A stretch of DNA of 64,000 nt from the human T2T-CHM13v2.0 reference genome, Homo sapiens: contig CP086569.2 in the NCBI GenBank assembly GCA_009914755.4, positions 8,096,001 to 8,160,000 on the forward strand, in the 5' to 3' direction. The notes under the pieces are model-generated. The model did not search any database. It was not told the origin of the DNA and saw nothing but the letters and a program-made list of their open reading frames with translations. Of this stretch, positions 1 to 15,977 are shown in pieces (the first letter of the stretch is position 1; each line of letters starts with the position of its first letter). Made by a program: the position numbers and the translations under genes.

Positions 1-3000
1 CAAAATTTCTTTATTGTGGGCATGGTTTGGGTAAAAGGGGAGAGTCACATATCCTAAGTGCTGGGCTCAACAATATGCCAAAATCCTCCTATTGTGGATA
101 CCCAGGCAGGAAGGGAGAGTCACATCACTTAGGTCATGGGCTCAGAGATATGTCCCAACGTCCCAAGTAGGCAGGGTTCAGGTAGAAGAGGAGAGGCATA
201 TCATGTATGTGCTTCCCTAGGAATATGTCACAATGTAACATGTGGGCAAAAACCAGGCAGAAGAGCCACATCATTTGGGTGCTTGATCCCTAGATATGTC
301 AAAGGTGCTCTTAATGCAGCACCCAGCCAAGAGAGAAACATCATACTAGGTACAGATTCTCTGATTATGCCACAATGCTCTATTTGTGTAGGGTTCAAGG
401 AGGGAGTCGCTTAACTGAGATTATAGGCCCAGAGATATATCACAATGTCCACTATGAAGTAGATCTCTGGCAAAAGAATGCTATAACCTATGTGCCTGGC
501 CTAGAAATATGTCACTCTCAAGGTTGGAAGGGCCTAAGCAGCAGAGCAATATAACCTAGGTGATAGGCCCAGAGATATGTCATAATGCCCTCTTTTGGGG
601 ATCCTCTGGCAAAGGAATACCCTTGCCTGTGTGACTTTTCTTGCAATATGTCACTATCCTTCTTTCGTAATATTCTCATTTCAGAGAGAAGACTTACATC
701 AGCTGTGAGGTGGGTGCAGAAACATGTCACAATAATTTTGGCGGGCCTGGCACAGAAAAGTATGTAACATCACCAGGGTGCTAGATCCAGTGATATGTCA
801 CAATCTTTACTGAAAGATATGATCAGGCAGAAGAGTCATATCACCTTGACGTTGGCCTTGGTAGGTATCATAATCCCATATGTGGGCTGGAACAAGTCTG
901 GTGAGTCAAATTACACAGGTGATTGGCAAAGATTTATATCACAATCACACAGCCAGAGCATTTCAAAGATAAGATTTATGATACCACACATGTCCTGTTT
1001 TCATGTGTGACAGTTGCCTTCATTCATGTGAGATTGTAACAGTCCTTACTTTCAGTGTGGTGTGCATACAAGACTCACAATTTTGCCTGGGTGCTGAGCC
1101 CTGCTTTGACTCAGTCTACATAGTCCAAAGACTTTCTAAAATATACGTGAATGTTGTAATCCTTTGTGACCTTTGCACAAGAAGGAGATGCAGGACATGT
1201 CCCTAAACTTAACAATAGGGGTCAAAATATTCCCTATTTTCTAAGTCCACATATGAGAGTCATTATCATGCCCGTGAGCCATGTCTAGGTATATGTTAGA
1301 ATTCCATCTGTGGTTCTGAAGTAGGCAGAACAGCCACATCACCTAAATGCTGAGCTAGAAGCTAGAAGTATTTTGATTTTTTTTTTGTAGGCAGGGTCTT
1401 ATCAGAAATCTCACAAAACTTGTGTGCTAAATTCAGCTTTGTGGAACAATGTGCTTTGTGGCACAATGTCCTTTGTGGGCAGTGTCCAGGAAGGACAGGA
1501 GAGTAATATCACCTAAATGATGGCCTGAAAATATGTGAAAATACCAACTGCTGATAGCACCTAGGAAAGGAGTGATATCATTTGGATGTAGTGTTTAGAA
1601 AAGCTAGAATTACCAAAGGAAGCAGGGTACAGGCAAAAGAGGAGAGTAATGTAACCTAGATGAAGAGTCCAGGAATATGTTACAATCTCCCCTGAGGACA
1701 TTTTTAAGACACCTCAGTCAAACCACCAAGGTGCTTGGCCAATGTATCTGTCAAAAACTCATTTATGAGGTATACTTAGGCAGAACTATTAAATCACTCA
1801 GTAGTTGGGCAAAGGTATATGTCACAATTACCCTTGTGGAAAGGCTTAAGACTAAGAGCCACCATCTTGCGCAAATCCTAGGCTCCAGGCATGTGAGTTG
1901 TTATTAGGCTTCTGTTATAATCTCTGGTATGTGGCATTATATCACTTGTGGCAAGAGGAAAGAAAAAAAAAGAAAGAAAGAAATTCCCACCACCTATGAG
2001 GGTGCAGTTCCAGTGAGATGTTACAATCCACCTTGTGGGAAGGACCCTGGTGGAAGAGTCACATCACCTGGATACTAATTTCAGTGACATATCAAAACCC
2101 CCTCTCTGGGCAGGATTTTGGTAAGAGAGGAGCCTCACTTCACCAAGGCAATTGACCTAGATATATGTCACAATATTTTTTCCGTGCAGTAACAGAGCCG
2201 GAGAGTGGCATCACACTGTTGCTGAGTGTAGCTTTATTTCATAATCACCCTGTGGTCAAGGTACAGGCAAAAGCCAAGAAACATCACCTAGGTGCTGAGC
2301 CAAGTGATATGTTACCATGCTTCCTGTTGTCAGAACCCATAAAGTAGAATCACATCACCTTGGTTCAGTACATAGTTGTGTGTCACAATGCACTGTAAGT
2401 GAAGGGTCAAAGCAGTAGCAGGGAGCCATAATACTTACGTGATAGACCTAGATATAACACAGAATTCTTTTTGTAGGCAGATTTAATGCAGATAACTCAC
2501 ATCACCTGGGTGATGGTTCCAGTGATATATAGAAGTTCCCATTGTAAGCAGAGCCATGAAAGAGGTGATCTATTTCTTAGTTGCTTGTTCCACAGATGGC
2601 ACAATTTCTTCTGTGGTCTGGGCCTAGAAAAGAGAGTCAAATTGCTGATGCACTGGGCAAAGTTACCTTGTCCCAATCACACTCTCAGAAAGGTTCAGAA
2701 ATAAGTTTCACATCACACACAAGTCCTGGTTTTGTTTATGTGAGTCAACTCTTTCTATGAGTTGGGTTGAAGTAAAGAAGTCACAATCTCAACATTGAGG
2801 CAGATCCATGTATAAGATCCCCAATCCCACTTGAAGACTGTGTTCCAGTAGGAGAGTCAGAGCACAACAGTGTGCTGAATCATGGTTCAAATGTTACAAA
2901 ACCATCTGTGAATCAGATTCCTGAATGAGAGTAATTATTTCAACCTTCGACTGCTTTTTATCCGTGAGATTTAGTACCTCATTCCTAGGCCCTGTTCTGT

Positions 3001-5249
3001 GTGAGAATGACAATCATGTCAGCTAGGTGTGCATACAAGGGTCTCATTCGTGCCTCGTTGTTGTTCTTGCTTATGATCCTCTTTGTAACATTAAGACTTT
3101 ATATGATGTACCTGAGTGTTATAATCCTTTGTGAACTTTATAACATTGAAAAACCCAGGACTTTACCCAATGGCTGTGAGACTGGTTCTGAGAGCCAAAG
3201 TATCTCTACTGTCTAAGTCCAGGTATGAGAGTTATTATTATGCATCTGTGCTTAACCAAGCTACATGTTACAATTTCACCTGAGAGCAGGGAAAAGGCAG
3301 GAGAGTCTCATCACCTGGGTGCTGAGCCAGTGATACAGCATAATCTCATTCATAGGCTAGACCTATTCAGAAGAGTCACGTCACCTGGGTATAGCATCAA
3401 ATAATATGTCACCAACCCCACTATAGACAAGGGAGAAGAAAAAGATGAGTCACTCCCCATGGATGCTGTGCTGTGCAATATGTAATAATCCCCTTGCTGG
3501 CAAGCATCTAGAATATGAAGGAGAGTCCCTTCACCTAGGTTTTGCAGTCAGTGGAATGTCAGAACTTTTTTGGTAAGCAGGACCCTGTCAGGAGAGGAGA
3601 TCACATAATCTAGATGTTAAGCCAATCAATATTTCACGGTCTTCTGATGGCAGTGCACAGGCAGGGGCCACAAATTACCTAGCTTACAGGTCCAGAGATA
3701 TGGGATAATTTCCCCTGTTGGCAGGTCCCAGGCAGAACAGTCACATTATTATAATTCTAAACCAGCGGCATATCACAAGACACCCATGTGAAAAAAATTT
3801 AATCCAAAAAGTCACAACACCTGGGTACTAGGCCAAAACCTTTTGTCTCTGATGTTGACACCATTAAATATAAGCTGGGTGTGTATAACAGAGCCACACT
3901 TTTGCATGTTTCCTACCTTTTTTTATGACACTCTACAACATTTGAAGGCTTTATACAGCATCCATGAGAGTGGCAAACCACTCTGACCCCTACTTGCTAG
4001 TATGGATTCACGATCTTACACATTGCCCTAAAACCCAGGTTTTATGTCTTCTGTAGGCTGGATTAAGGATGAGATCCATTATTACTTTTGTGAGCTGGAT
4101 GTAAAAATGGGTCACCATCCCACCTGTGGTGAGATACACATAGGAAGGTCAAATTCCAACTTTGTACTGTAGTTACTTTTTGGAATCAGGACCTTAACAG
4201 TGGGCTTTGGCCATGTGGGATGGAAACATTTGCTTTCATTTAGGTGCATAATCAAGAATCCCAATCTGAACATTTTGCTGGTCCTTGTCTTGAAACTCTC
4301 TGCATCTCCCAAGGAAGGTGTTATAAGTAAGTGTTTTAATGTTCTGTAAGCTTTGTACAAATATGCAACCGAGGACCTTTCATATTGCCCTGAGCCTAGT
4401 GACGAAAGGCAAAATATCTCCTATTGGTTGAATTTCAATATAAGTTTGACCATCATGCCTGTGATCTCAAGTAATGTGTATGTCACAGTCCCATTTGTGA
4501 GCAAAAACTATGCAGCAGGGTAACATCTCTTTGGTGCTGTGCCAAGCAACATGTCACAATACCCTCCCTAGGCAGGGTACAGGAATTAGAGTCACATTAA
4601 ATTGGTGCTGGACTCAGCAATACAAAACCATCTTACCTGTGAAAGAGACCCAGCCAAAAGATAAGAATCAGAACACCTACATGATGGGCCCAGGACATGT
4701 CAAAATACGTTCCGTGGCTCCAGGACAGTCATGAGTCATGATATAATGTCCTCCTCTGGACAGTAAATTAACAGGGTTTGGCCCCAGCAATATACCATAC
4801 CTCTCTGTGTTTGCAGGACTTAGGCAAAAGAGGAACGTAACCTGGGTGCTGGGCCCTGCAATAGGCCAACAATTCTGATTGTGGGAATGGTTTCAGAAAA
4901 TAAGGAGAGTCAAACAACCTGAGTTCTGGGCTCTGCAATCCATTCATTGTAAAAATCAGACAGAAGATGAGTCACTTCACTTTAGTCTTGGGCTCAGAGA
5001 TATATCCCAATGTTCCCAGTATGCAGGTCCCATGAAGAAAAGGACAGTCATATCACTTAGGTGCTTCCGTAGTTGTATGTCACAATCTAACATGTGGGCA
5101 GAAACCAGGCAGAAGAGCCACACCACCTGGGTATGGCCTCAAGCAATATGTCACCATGCCCAATGTAGACAGTTTGCAGAAAATAAAGAAAATCACACCA
5201 CCTGGGTGCTGGGCTCAGAAATATGTAATAATTTCCTTTATTGGTACAA

Positions 5250-5338
5250 TTCAGGACAAAGAGAACATTAATGTCACCTAGGTTTTGCACTCAGTTCAGG
5301 ACAAAGAGAACATTAATGTCACCAAGTTTTGCACTCAC
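5250..5338. repeat. Tandem duplication of 44-45 bp within the satellite
   Basis: ttcaggacaaagagaacattaatgtcacc(t)aggttttgcactca(g/c) occurs twice back to back, differing by one indel. Confidence 0.85.
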
Positions 5339-5908
5339 AATTTCTTCAGTGGACAGGATCCAGGCAGGAGAGCAGAGTCACCTTAGCTATATGCTATATC
5401 TAGCAATATGTTACAGAGTTCCCTATGGAAAAGGCACTGACAGGAGAGACATCTTACCTAGCCAACAGGCACAGAGATATGTGAAAATATCCCCTGTTTG
5501 CAGAGCCCAGGCAGAAGAGTCACAGTATTATGTTCTGATCCATTGATATGTAACATGCCCTTCTGGAAAATAATTTGAACCAAAAAGTCTCAACACTGGG
5601 GTACCAGGTCAAGGATATGACACAATCTCCTCAACTTTAAGGGTGACACCATTAACTGTTACCTAGTTGTGCATATGTCAGTCACAAACTCACGTGGGTG
5701 CTGGCCATTGTGTGACACTCTATACAACCTCTGAGAACTTTAAACAACATCCATGAGAGTTGAAAACTCACTGAGGCCTACATGCTTATATGGACTCATG
5801 ATCTTACATATTTCACTAAGCTCAGATATGACAGTCAACATCTCTCTTACACATGCTGGCTTCAGGGAGGAGACCATTATTAGCCCTGTGAGCTGGGTCC
5901 AGAATTGA

Positions 5909-6335
<427 letters not shown>

Positions 6336-9300
6336 GGTAATAACTTTTACTTTCACCTGAATGTGTTGTGGAGAGTCACAATACTAATATTTTTCTGGAC
6401 CCTCTTATGAAATTGTCTGTACCACCCAAGAAGGTTTTGTAATATAAGTTAGTGTTGTAAAATTCTGTAAGCTTGTTCAACTAAGCAATGAAGGACTTTA
6501 CCTACTGACCTAAACCTAGTGGTGAAAGGCAAAATATATCCAATTGGCTGAATCCCAATAGAAGCATGATCGTCATGCTTTTGAACTGAAGAAATGTATA
6601 TGTCATAACAATTTGTGGACAAAAATCTAGACAGAAGGTTGACATCACTTAGGTGCTACGGCAAGAAACATGATACAATACCTTGTGTAGGGGGGTCATA
6701 GGAAACAGGGTCACATTAACTGGGCTCTGGAGCCAGCAATATGGCACAACCTCACATGGAAGAAATCTAGCAAAGTGAGGAGACCCAAAACACATATGGA
6801 GTGGGCCAAAGATATATAAAAATAGCTTCTGTGGCTCTGGCACAGGCAGGAGAGTCACATCATTAGCATGCTAGGCCCAGCAATATGCTGAAATTCCTTC
6901 TTTATGCATGGCCCATGCATAAGTGTAACATAATCCAGGTGGGGGGACCTGAACTACAGCAAAATTCCTGTTTGTGAGCATTGTTTGGCAACATGATGAG
7001 AGTCACGTTTCCTAAGTACTGGACTCATCAGCATGTCACAATCTTCCCATTGTAAAAGCTTAGACAGAATAAGAAACTCACATCACTTAGGCCATGGGGT
7101 CAAAGATATGACCCAATAACACAAGTAGGCAGTGCTCAGGCGGAAATAGACAGTCATAACACCTAGATGCTTTTTTAGGTATATGTCACAATTTCATCCA
7201 TGTCCAGTCCTTTCATTCAGTTCTTTCTTTCTATCAGCTGGGTGTGCATACAAGACTCACAATTTCACCTGTATGCTGAGCCCTTCTTTGATTCTGCATG
7301 TATAACCCAAAGACTGTAAAATATGTGTGAGTGTTGTAATATTTTGTGACCTTTGTAGAAGAAGGTGATATGGGATATCACACATGTCCCTAAATGTAGT
7401 TATAATAGTCAAAATATCCTCTATTGTCTGAGTACACATGTAAGAGTCATTATCATTTCTGAGAGCCATGCCTAGGTATCAGTTACAACATTCTCTGTGG
7501 TTATAAAGCAGGCTGAATAGTCATATCGCCTAAATTCTGGACCAAACATATTCCAATATTCTCTTTGGAGGCAGGGTCGTGTCAGAAATGTCACATAACT
7601 TGTGTGCTAGATACAGCTCTGTGGCACAATGTTATTTGCGGGCAGTGTCCAGGCAGAAGAGGAGAGTCATATCACCTAAATGTTGAGCCCCAAAATATGT
7701 CACAATGTCTCCTATTGGCAGGACACAGACAAAATTGTCATATCATTTGGATATAGTGTTTAGAAATGCTACAATTACCAAAGCGAGCTGGGTACAGGCA
7801 GGAGAGGGGAGCCATGTAACCTAGGTGATGTGTCCAGAAATATGTTACAAAATCCCCTGAGGACATTGTTAAGATAGCAAGAGTCAAATCACCAAGGTGC
7901 TTGACCCAGGTGTTTGTCAAGATCTCATTTGTGGGTGATACCTAGGCAGAATTATTAAATCTCTCAGGAGCTGGGCAAAGGTACATGTCACAATTACACC
8001 TGTGGAAAAGTTTAAGAGTCACCATACTGCACATGTCTTGGCTCCAGGCGTATTAGCTGTTATTAGGCTTTTGTTATGGTCTCAGGTATATGGCACAATA
8101 TCACCTCTGGTCAGAGAGAATGCAAGAAAGTCACATCACCTACATGGGTGTGGCTCCATTGAGATATCACAATCCACCCTGTGGGCAGAACCTTGGCAGA
8201 AAAGTCACATCACCTGGCTGCTGGTTTGAGTGACATCAAAGCCCCATTGTGAACATGACTTTGGAAAGAGGGGAGACTCAGTTAACCTAGGCAATTGACC
8301 TAGGTATATGTCACAATGGCCCTTATGTGCAGTACCAAGGCTGGAGAGTGACCTCACATTGGCCCGTTGGTTCAGCAATATGTCACAATCGGCCTGTGGT
8401 GAGGGCACAGGCAAAAGTGAAGAAATATCACCTTAGGTTCTGAGCTGAGTGATATGTTACAATGCTTCCTGCTAGAAGAATGCAAAAAAGAGTATCTCAA
8501 CACCTGGATGAAGTGCCCAGTTAAGTGTCACAATTCACTGTAACTGAAGGGCCAAGGCAGTACAAAGGAGTCACATCACTTATGTGATGGACCTAGATAT
8601 AGGACACAATTTTCTTTGTAGTCAGGCTTCAGGCAGATAATTTACATCACCTTGGTGATGGTACCAGTAATATATAAAAGTACCCTTTTTAGGCAGACTC
8701 AAGGAACATGTTATATATTGCTTAGGTGCCTGTTCCACATATGGCACAATTTCATTGTGGTCTGAGCCTAGAAAAGAGAGTCAGATTATTTATGTGCTGG
8801 GCAAAGTTACCTGCCCCAATCACATGCTAAGAAAGGTTCAGAAATAATTTTCACAACCCACACAAGTCCTGGTTTCATGTATGTGAATCAATCCTGTCTA
8901 TGACTTAGGCCAAAGTAGAGGAGTCACAATCTGAACAATGGGCAAGATCCATGTATAAGAGCCCCAATGACTTATTGTGTCAATGAGATTGTGTCATATC
9001 ACTGGGCTTAGTAGCCCATTGTTAGAACTTTTGTTTAAATTGTTTCCCATGTGTGCATTATAACACTCTTCTGCCTGGGTACTGCAAACAAGAAATATTG
9101 TCACATGTCTCTGAGCCTATCTGCTAGGTGATTTGTCTGTTTTAGCTGTGCTTTGCTCCCAGGGAACATTGTGACATCTTTTAATGTGGCACCTAGGAAA
9201 TGTGACTTCTCTTTTCTGCCTAGGTCCTGTGCACTAAAGAAATATGTACATAGTGCTGAATGCAAAACTTAAATAATGCAACTCTCCTCTTTTTTTCTGG

Positions 9301-10688
9301 AGTCTGAAAAAAGAGGGCATTATTAAATATTGCTGAGGCTAGCACCTTAATGCTGTATCCAGATGATATAACTCTTCTGACTTGGCACTGTCTGCAAAAG
9401 AGATTATAATGTATTCTGAGCTCAAAATCCTGGTGATGAGACTCTTCTTCCTTAGTTCTGCCCACAGGAGAAATAGTGACATATACATGAGTTCAGCTCA
9501 CATGTACAAATATAGCTATCATACCTGGACCCATAAAGAAGAGACATTTGGACTCTCAAAACTGGTCGTATGTCCATAAGTAAAGCAATGGGTCTACTAA
9601 TTTTATAAAGTTCACAGAGGACTATGACACTCAGGCATATGATATAAATCCTGAGTGAGTCAGGATTTATACTCAATGTGACTACTATTGAGTATAAAAC
9701 CTAGGTGATATATCCACAGGGACAGCAAGCCATTGCTATTGTGACTCTTGGATAAACACTCAGCTGGCACATTTATGTATCACTGGGACCAGCATCCAGG
9801 TGATGTGAATTCTTTGCCTGAGTGCTGCCTAAAAAGAGCATTTTGGCTTATATCTAGATCAATCAAGTAAGTGATGTGACTCTCTTCTACTGCCTTCACC
9901 CTGCACTTATGGTGCATTGAACACATAACTGGGTTCTGCACCCAGGTGATGTGACTCTCCCTTTTGGGTTCTGCCAACAAGAAGCTTTGTAACATATCAC
10001 TTTGCTCAGCACCTAAGTCATGTTTCTTCTATCTTATCTCGACCTGATCACAGGGGAGACTGTGACATATTGATAAGTCCAGCACCAAGGCGTGGTCACT
10101 TTCACACCTTGGTTTTGCACATAGCAGCCATTGTGATGTGTATCTATTCCAATTGCCTAGGTTACATGAGCCTCCTCTCTTTCTTAATCCTTGCCAACAG
10201 GTGGAATTTTGATATATCACTAAAACCAGCATCCAGATGATATGATTCTTCTTCCAGGGTCCTGCCCACAGATGGATTGTGACATCTCACTGGACCAGCA
10301 CCCACCCAGGTGTGGTGACCTTCCCACTTGCTTGCCACCCACAGGTGATATTGTGCCATGTACTTAAGATGAGATAAGAGGACTAATGATGACTCTTAAA
10401 TCCGGAGACAGGTCATATGCAAGATGGTGACTCCCAATCCTGAAGCATTTCACTAGTGTGATTGTGACATATACATTTGCCCAGCTTCTGAGTGATTTCA
10501 TAATCCTGCCTAGGTGTAGTCCACAGGTGAGATTCACACATATACTTCAGCTGGTCACCACGGTGATTTGACTCACCTGTCTTAACAATATCCTCAGAAA
10601 GTATTGTAATATGTCTCTGAATCCATCATCTAGGTTACCTGTCTCTCCTCCTCTGCCTGGACCCTGCTTCCATTGGGGATTGTAGCAA

Positions 10689-10774
10689 TATTTTTCCTTT
10701 TTCTTTTTTCTTTTTGTCACCTAGGTTGGAGTGCAGTGGTGCAATCTCAGCTCACTGCAACCACCGCCTTGGAG
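10689..10774 (-). mobile_element. Short Alu-derived fragment (right-arm piece plus T-rich tail)
   Basis: gtcacctaggttggagtgcagtggtgcaatctcagctcactgcaaccaccgcc resembles the Alu core gtcgcccaggctggagtgcagtgg...ctcactgcaagctccgcc. Flanked by a ttgtagca duplication (10680-10687 and about 10777-10784). The homologous site at about 20680-20700 lacks it. Confidence 0.55.
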
Positions 10775-12599
10775 GTTGTAGCATTTTTAAGCACTGCATG
10801 CAAATGACATGACTCTCTTTCCTCATCCTTTCAAGCAACTTTTCTTCCCGGAAATTGCCTACAAGGAGAATATTTGAAAATTCCTGATTCAGCATGTAGG
10901 TGTCTTGGCTATCACACCTGTTTCATTACCACAGAGAAAACTGACATATAACTAGGCACAACTCATAGGCATAATAATGACTCATACCTCACAAATAGGA
11001 GTAATTTTTGACTCTCGTTATGGGCTTTAGAAATATAAGTGATTAATACTCTCAGCTAAAAAAAAAAAGGTCTGAGATTATAATGGCCTCAGAAATTTTA
11101 TAAAGCCTTTGGCTTGTGCAGAGAGTTTAATGACAGAACACAGAAGAAAGATAAAATTCTGAGTCTCATACACACATCCAGCTGATAGTAAAGACCGTCA
11201 CCATCTCATATATATGAAGCCAGATGTCACTACTGAAAACAAGATATGTGCGGTATTGTAAATCTTATCCAGGAAATTTTCTGCCAGTGTGGCTGTGACA
11301 TAAATATTTGCCAAGCACCTCTGTGATTTGACTCTCCAGACTGGTTTCATCCCACATATGTTATTGTGATATGTACCTAGGCCAACCTCTAGGTGAGGTA
11401 ATTCTCCTGCCTGGGCCTTGCTGTCAGTGAGAATCATAACATATCAGTAGATTCAGCACCCTAGTCATGTTATGTTTTTGCCTGAGCCCTGCCTACAGAA
11501 ATCACTGTGACATATCACTAGGTCAACAACTTACGTGATGTAAGTCTCCTCATTTTAATGGGCCCTGTGCATTGTGGGGGATAGTGACATATGGCTGGGC
11601 TAGAAACAAAGCTGATGGTACTCTTTTGTGAGGGCCATGTCCTAAAAAGGGCATTATGACAAATCTCTGGGTCTTCACCTAGGTGATTTTGCTCTCCTAC
11701 TTGGGTCATGTTTACCTGTATAGTGACATGTTGCTAGGCTAAGTACAAATGTAATGCTACACTTTCACCAGGGCCATGCTTCAGGGGGACATTGTGACAT
11801 ATCTCTGGGCCTATCACTTAGGTGATATGACTCCCTGCTTGGGTCCTGCCCACATAGAGCATTGAAACATAAGGGCAAAAACTGCACCAGTTTGCTGTCT
11901 CTTGCTTGGGTCCTGTCCTAAGGGAGCCTTGTGACATAGCTCAGGATCCAGCATCAAGGTGATGTGGCTCTTTTGCCTGTTTTCACCTAACATGTAAGAT
12001 TGTGTCATGTATCTAGGGAAGCAACTACCTGATATGTGATATGAGTCTTCTGTTCTGTTTGAGCCCTGCCTACTTGGGATATTTGGCCATATATCTGAGC
12101 TCATGTCCTAAGTGATGTGACCCTGTTTTTCCACCAGAGACTTTATAATGGGTTAATGTGAACTATTTCTAAGTCCAATACTTAGATAATATAACTCTTC
12201 ATTTTTTCCTGAACTTTTCCCTAAGAAGAGGAATTGTGACATATTACTGGGCTGAGCACACAGATGATGCTTCTCTGCTGCCTGGGTCATTCATAAAGAG
12301 AGAATTATGGCATATATTTGGGCCCCCAACCCTGATGATGTAAGTCTCCTGCCTGTGACATAGCAACAGAAAGTATTTTAACATACCTTGGGCCCATGTT
12401 GTAGGTGTGTTTGCTCTCATCATTTGTCTATTTTTCTTCCAAATTTGGGATTGTGTTATATTGCTGGTTCCAGCAGCCCAGTTAATGTAACCTTCATTTC
12501 TACATCCTGCTTAGAGGGCATTGTGACATATTGCTTGGCAGAACACCTAAGTTGTGCTACCCTCTTGCCAAGTTTTTTCCTACAAATTGGATTATTAAA

Positions 12600-13319
12600 T
12601 TTACATTGCTTCTATTCAGAGGGATGATGATCAAATTTAAATTGTGATTACACCAATAGTTCATATTTTGCCTCTCGTCGCTATGTATATGGCAATAGGT
12701 AATGTTATGAGTTGTATATTTGTACAAAACTTAGAGAATGTTACAACTCTAACTCAGATTCTATAAACTTACTGGGTGGTACACAGAGTTTTATAACAGG
12801 GTCCAGCAAAAGATTAAGATTGTGATTCTTGATTACATATGCAGATGAGAACAAATGTTGTCATCATCCCACATTTACAAAAGCCACTGTTGAATTCCTG
12901 AATCTAACAAGTAAATAAGGTACAAAGATGGAATTTTGACTTTCATATGTGGATCTTGCTACAGATGAGATGGTGACTTATTTCTGGACACAGATCACAG
13001 GCATAATAATGAGTCTCCCATCTCAACCCAGCCTATAAGGGAGATGTTGACTCATAGCTGGGTTTAAAGCAATATATAAGATTGTGAGTCACTATGAGCA
13101 TGTATGCCTCAGAGTGGATTGCTACTCTTATGTATGTTGCATAAAGCTTTCCAATGTTGTAGAATGTGTCATACGGTGAGCCAGAAAACACATGAGATTG
13201 TCACTCTCATATACACATCAAGCTAGAAGTTAAAGATGTCACACTAAAAAATGAAGAGATTGTGTCCTATCTCTAGGCCTAGTACTCCTAGGCGTTGAGA
13301 ATTTTTTGCTTAAATTCTC
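12600..13319 (-). repeat. HOR block A (representative copy, ~700 bp non-monomeric block)
   Basis: Recurs as described above. It is the reverse complement of 3850-4470 (aggcaaaatatctcctattgg...catcatgcctgtgatc versus cacaggcatgatgatcaaac...gccaataggagatattttgcct). Confidence 0.55.
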
Positions 13320-14526
13320 TTTTTTTTTTTTTTTACTGAAAATATTATGTTTATTTATTTATTTATTTATTAGTATTATTATACTTTAAGTTTTAGGGTA
13401 CATGTGCACAATGTGCAGGTTAGTTACATATGTATACATGTGCCATGCTGGTGTGATGCACCCATTAACTCATCATTTAGCAGTAGGTATATCTCCTAAT
13501 GCTATCCCTCCCTCCTCCGTCCACCCCACAACACTCCCCAGAGTGTGATGTTCCCCTTTCTATGTCCATGTGTTCTCACTGTTCAATTCCCACCTATGAG
13601 TGAGAATATGCAATGTTTGGTTTTTTGTCCTTGTGATACTTTACTGAGAATAATGATTTCCAATTTCATCCATGTCCCTACAAAGGACATGAACTCATAA
13701 TTTTTATATGGCTGCATAGTATTCCATGGTATATATGTGCCACATTTTCTTAATCCAGTCTATCAGTGTTGGACATTTGGGTTGGTTCCAAGTCTTTGCT
13801 ATTGTGAATAGTGCCGCAATAAACATATGTGTTCATGTGTCTTTATAGCAGCATGATTTATAGTCCTTTGGGTATATACCCAGTAATGGGATGGCTGGGT
13901 CAAATGATATTTCAAGTTCTAGATCCCTGAGGAATCGCCACACTGACTTCCACAGTGGTTGAACTGGTTTACAGTCCCACCAACAGTGTAAAAGTGTTCC
14001 AATTTCTCTACATCCTCTCCAGCACCTGTTGTTTCCTGATTTTTTAGTAATTGCCATTCTAACTGTGTGAGATGGTATCTCATTGTGGTTTTGATTTGCA
14101 TTTCTCTGATGGTCAGTGATGGTGAGCATTTTTTCATGTGTTTTTTGGCTGCATAAATGTCTTCTTTTGAGAAGTGTCTGTTCATGTCCCTCACCCACAT
14201 TTTGATGGGTTTGTTTGTTTTTTTCTTGTAAATTTGAGTTCATTGTAGATTCTGGATATTAGCCCTTTGTCAGACGAGTAGGTTACAAAAATTTTCTCCC
14301 ATTCTGTAGGTTGCCTGTTCACTCTGATGGTAGTTTCTTTTGCTGTGCAGAAGCTCGTTAGTTTAACTAGATCCCATTTGTCAATTTTGGCTTTTGTTGT
14401 CATTGCTTTTGGTGTTTTAGACATGAAGTCCTTGCCCATGACTATGTCCTGAATGGTAATGCCTAGGTTTTCTTCTAGGGTTTTTATAGTTTTACATCTA
14501 ACATTTAAGACTTTAATCCATCTTTA

Positions 14527-14709
<183 letters not shown>

Positions 14710-14712
14710 CTA

Positions 14713-14820
<108 letters not shown>

Positions 14821-14934
14821 TTAGGATTGACTTGGAGATGTAGGCTCTTTTTTGGTTCCATATGAACTTTAAAGTAGTTTTTGCAATTCTGTGAAGAAAG
14901 TCATTGGTAGCTTGATGGGGAGGGCATTGAATCT

Positions 14935-15977
<1,043 letters not shown>

